From a virus: a DNA stretch of 64,000 nt. This document shows positions 62,801-64,000 of this stretch, piece after piece; position 1 is the first letter of the stretch; every line of letters starts with the position of its first letter. The notes under the pieces were generated by a model. That model ran no database searches. It saw nothing but the letters and a program-made list of their open reading frames with translations, and had not been told where the DNA came from. A program made the position numbers and the translations under genes. The DNA is taken from positions 41,678 to 105,677 of IMG/VR virus record IMGVR_UViG_3300024257_000005; one strand, 5' to 3'.

Positions 62801-63115
62801 GTCACAATATTATCTGAATCAATTGCAAACAATACATCACAGAGCATTGATATTACAACAACATTCCCAATTACGGGATCTGACAGATCTATGATGTCTG
62901 CCTCGGTAATTTATGAGGTAACTGGATCGCAACTAGGATCAAATAGTTTCTATTCATCGGCAGATAGCACCGTATCTAGCTCTCAATATTTAACTGTATT
63001 TGAATTATTGTCAAATGCAACATATAAAGGCACTCAGAACACAGATGCCACCAATTATGATGGAGCTGTGGTACAAGTTAGCCAAAGTTCGGGTGCAATC
63101 ATTAGAGTCAAATAA
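59852..63115 (+). CDS. large baseplate/tail protein, 1087 aa (six TGA=Trp)
   Basis: Five supplied ORFs in one frame; SYAWPK, RGTRRSI..YGIP..IREFGG, EVRLW. Confidence 0.8.
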
Positions 63116-63130
63116 TTTTTGTAAAAAATA

Positions 63131-63140
63131 TATATTTATT
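63131..63140 (+). promoter_or_regulatory. putative late promoter
   Basis: TATATTTATT. Confidence 0.55.
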
Positions 63141-63173
63141 ATTATATGTAGAAACACACAAAGGAGATTTATA

Positions 63174-63854
63174 ATGGGTATTTTAGATTCAAGCACAACA
63201 ACAATCGATTGTGTATTAACCAAAAAGGGAAGAGAATTGCTTTCAAAGGGCGAGTCGGAATTTAAGATTACGAAGTTTGCCGTAAGCGATGAGGGTGTTG
63301 ATTATCGAATGTATAATACAAATCATCCTTCTGGCTCAACTTCTTATGGGACTGAAATTACTTCAATGCCCGTCTTAGAGGCTCCCGTTGATGAAACACT
63401 TTCTATGAAATGAAAATTAGTAACGTTTCCAAAAGGTACTTCAAAAATGCCTATTGTTGCCGTTACACCAACTGTATTATCACTAAACTTCAATCAAAAG
63501 TCTGTTGTTACTCCATCAACAACATCTTATATTGCTGGTTTTGATAATAGCACACTAGGCTACACTTGCATCCTGTCAAATTCAGATTTGGCTACATTAG
63601 AGGTTCAAGAAGTAGCAGCAGATCAAACTTCAATTGGAACATCGCCATCTTGGATGGATGATGCATCATTGCAGAAATCTACAATCCGTGTTGGTAAAAC
63701 ATTTAGAGTGATTGCTAAAGATGTGACAGCATTGCAGGTTGCAAATAGAGTTGGCACGATTACAGTAATTGCAAATGAGACAGGTGGACAAGCAGAGCTT
63801 AATGTAACAATTGTTCCTCCAACTGGATCAATTTACACAACACCTGGCGTATAG
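63174..63854 (+). CDS. virion structural protein (TGA at 63411)
   Basis: SD AAGGAG; LTKKGRELL..ITKFAVSDE..MKWKLVT. Confidence 0.8.
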
Positions 63855-63865
63855 GAGAATAGATA

Positions 63866-64000
63866 ATGGCACGAGGAAATAGAAATAGCGAATTTGATAA
63901 AGAAGGTAAGGGCGGAAAAAGCAATTCAGCTCTAGTTGATTTTGAAGTAAAAGAGGCTCTTGCAAAGGGTGAAACTCTTGATGAATCTACGCTGCTTGAA
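63866..64000 (+). CDS. partial protein running off the window
   Basis: SD AGGAG; open to the end. Confidence 0.55.
   Translation, partial: MARGNRNSEFDKEGKGGKSNSALVDFEVKEALAKGETLDESTLLE

Noticed and set aside
55156-63854. Structural genes as pseudogenes or many small ORFs
   Set aside because: All breaks are in-frame TGA with no frameshifts or internal TAA/TAG; recoding explains them.

Overview
A 64-kb segment of an AT-rich, T4-like jumbo myophage; essentially all real genes are on the + strand. In order: a glycosyltransferase/epimerase cluster, a putative membrane/lysis module, IMPDH, RNA ligase 2 and GroEL; a ~10-kb array of 27 tRNAs covering all 20 amino acids plus three atypical tRNA-like RNAs; early genes behind a repeated sigma70-type promoter, including a large RNA-repair toolkit; tmRNA, an HD hydrolase and a gp55-like late sigma factor; then baseplate/tail genes. 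Main observations: (1) TGA is read as Trp, heavily in late structural genes and almost never in early/middle genes, so many supplied ORFs are fragments of longer genes. (2) The tRNA array is preceded by what looks like a translation-coupled attenuator: a 49-codon leader using all 20 amino acids and 37 distinct codons, mutually exclusive antiterminator and terminator hairpins, then a boxA. (3) Two covarying Y-RNA-like stems precede a large TerD-domain (possibly Ro-like) protein. (4) Several tRNAs are architecturally rearranged. All counts and folds were done by hand; no database searches were run.
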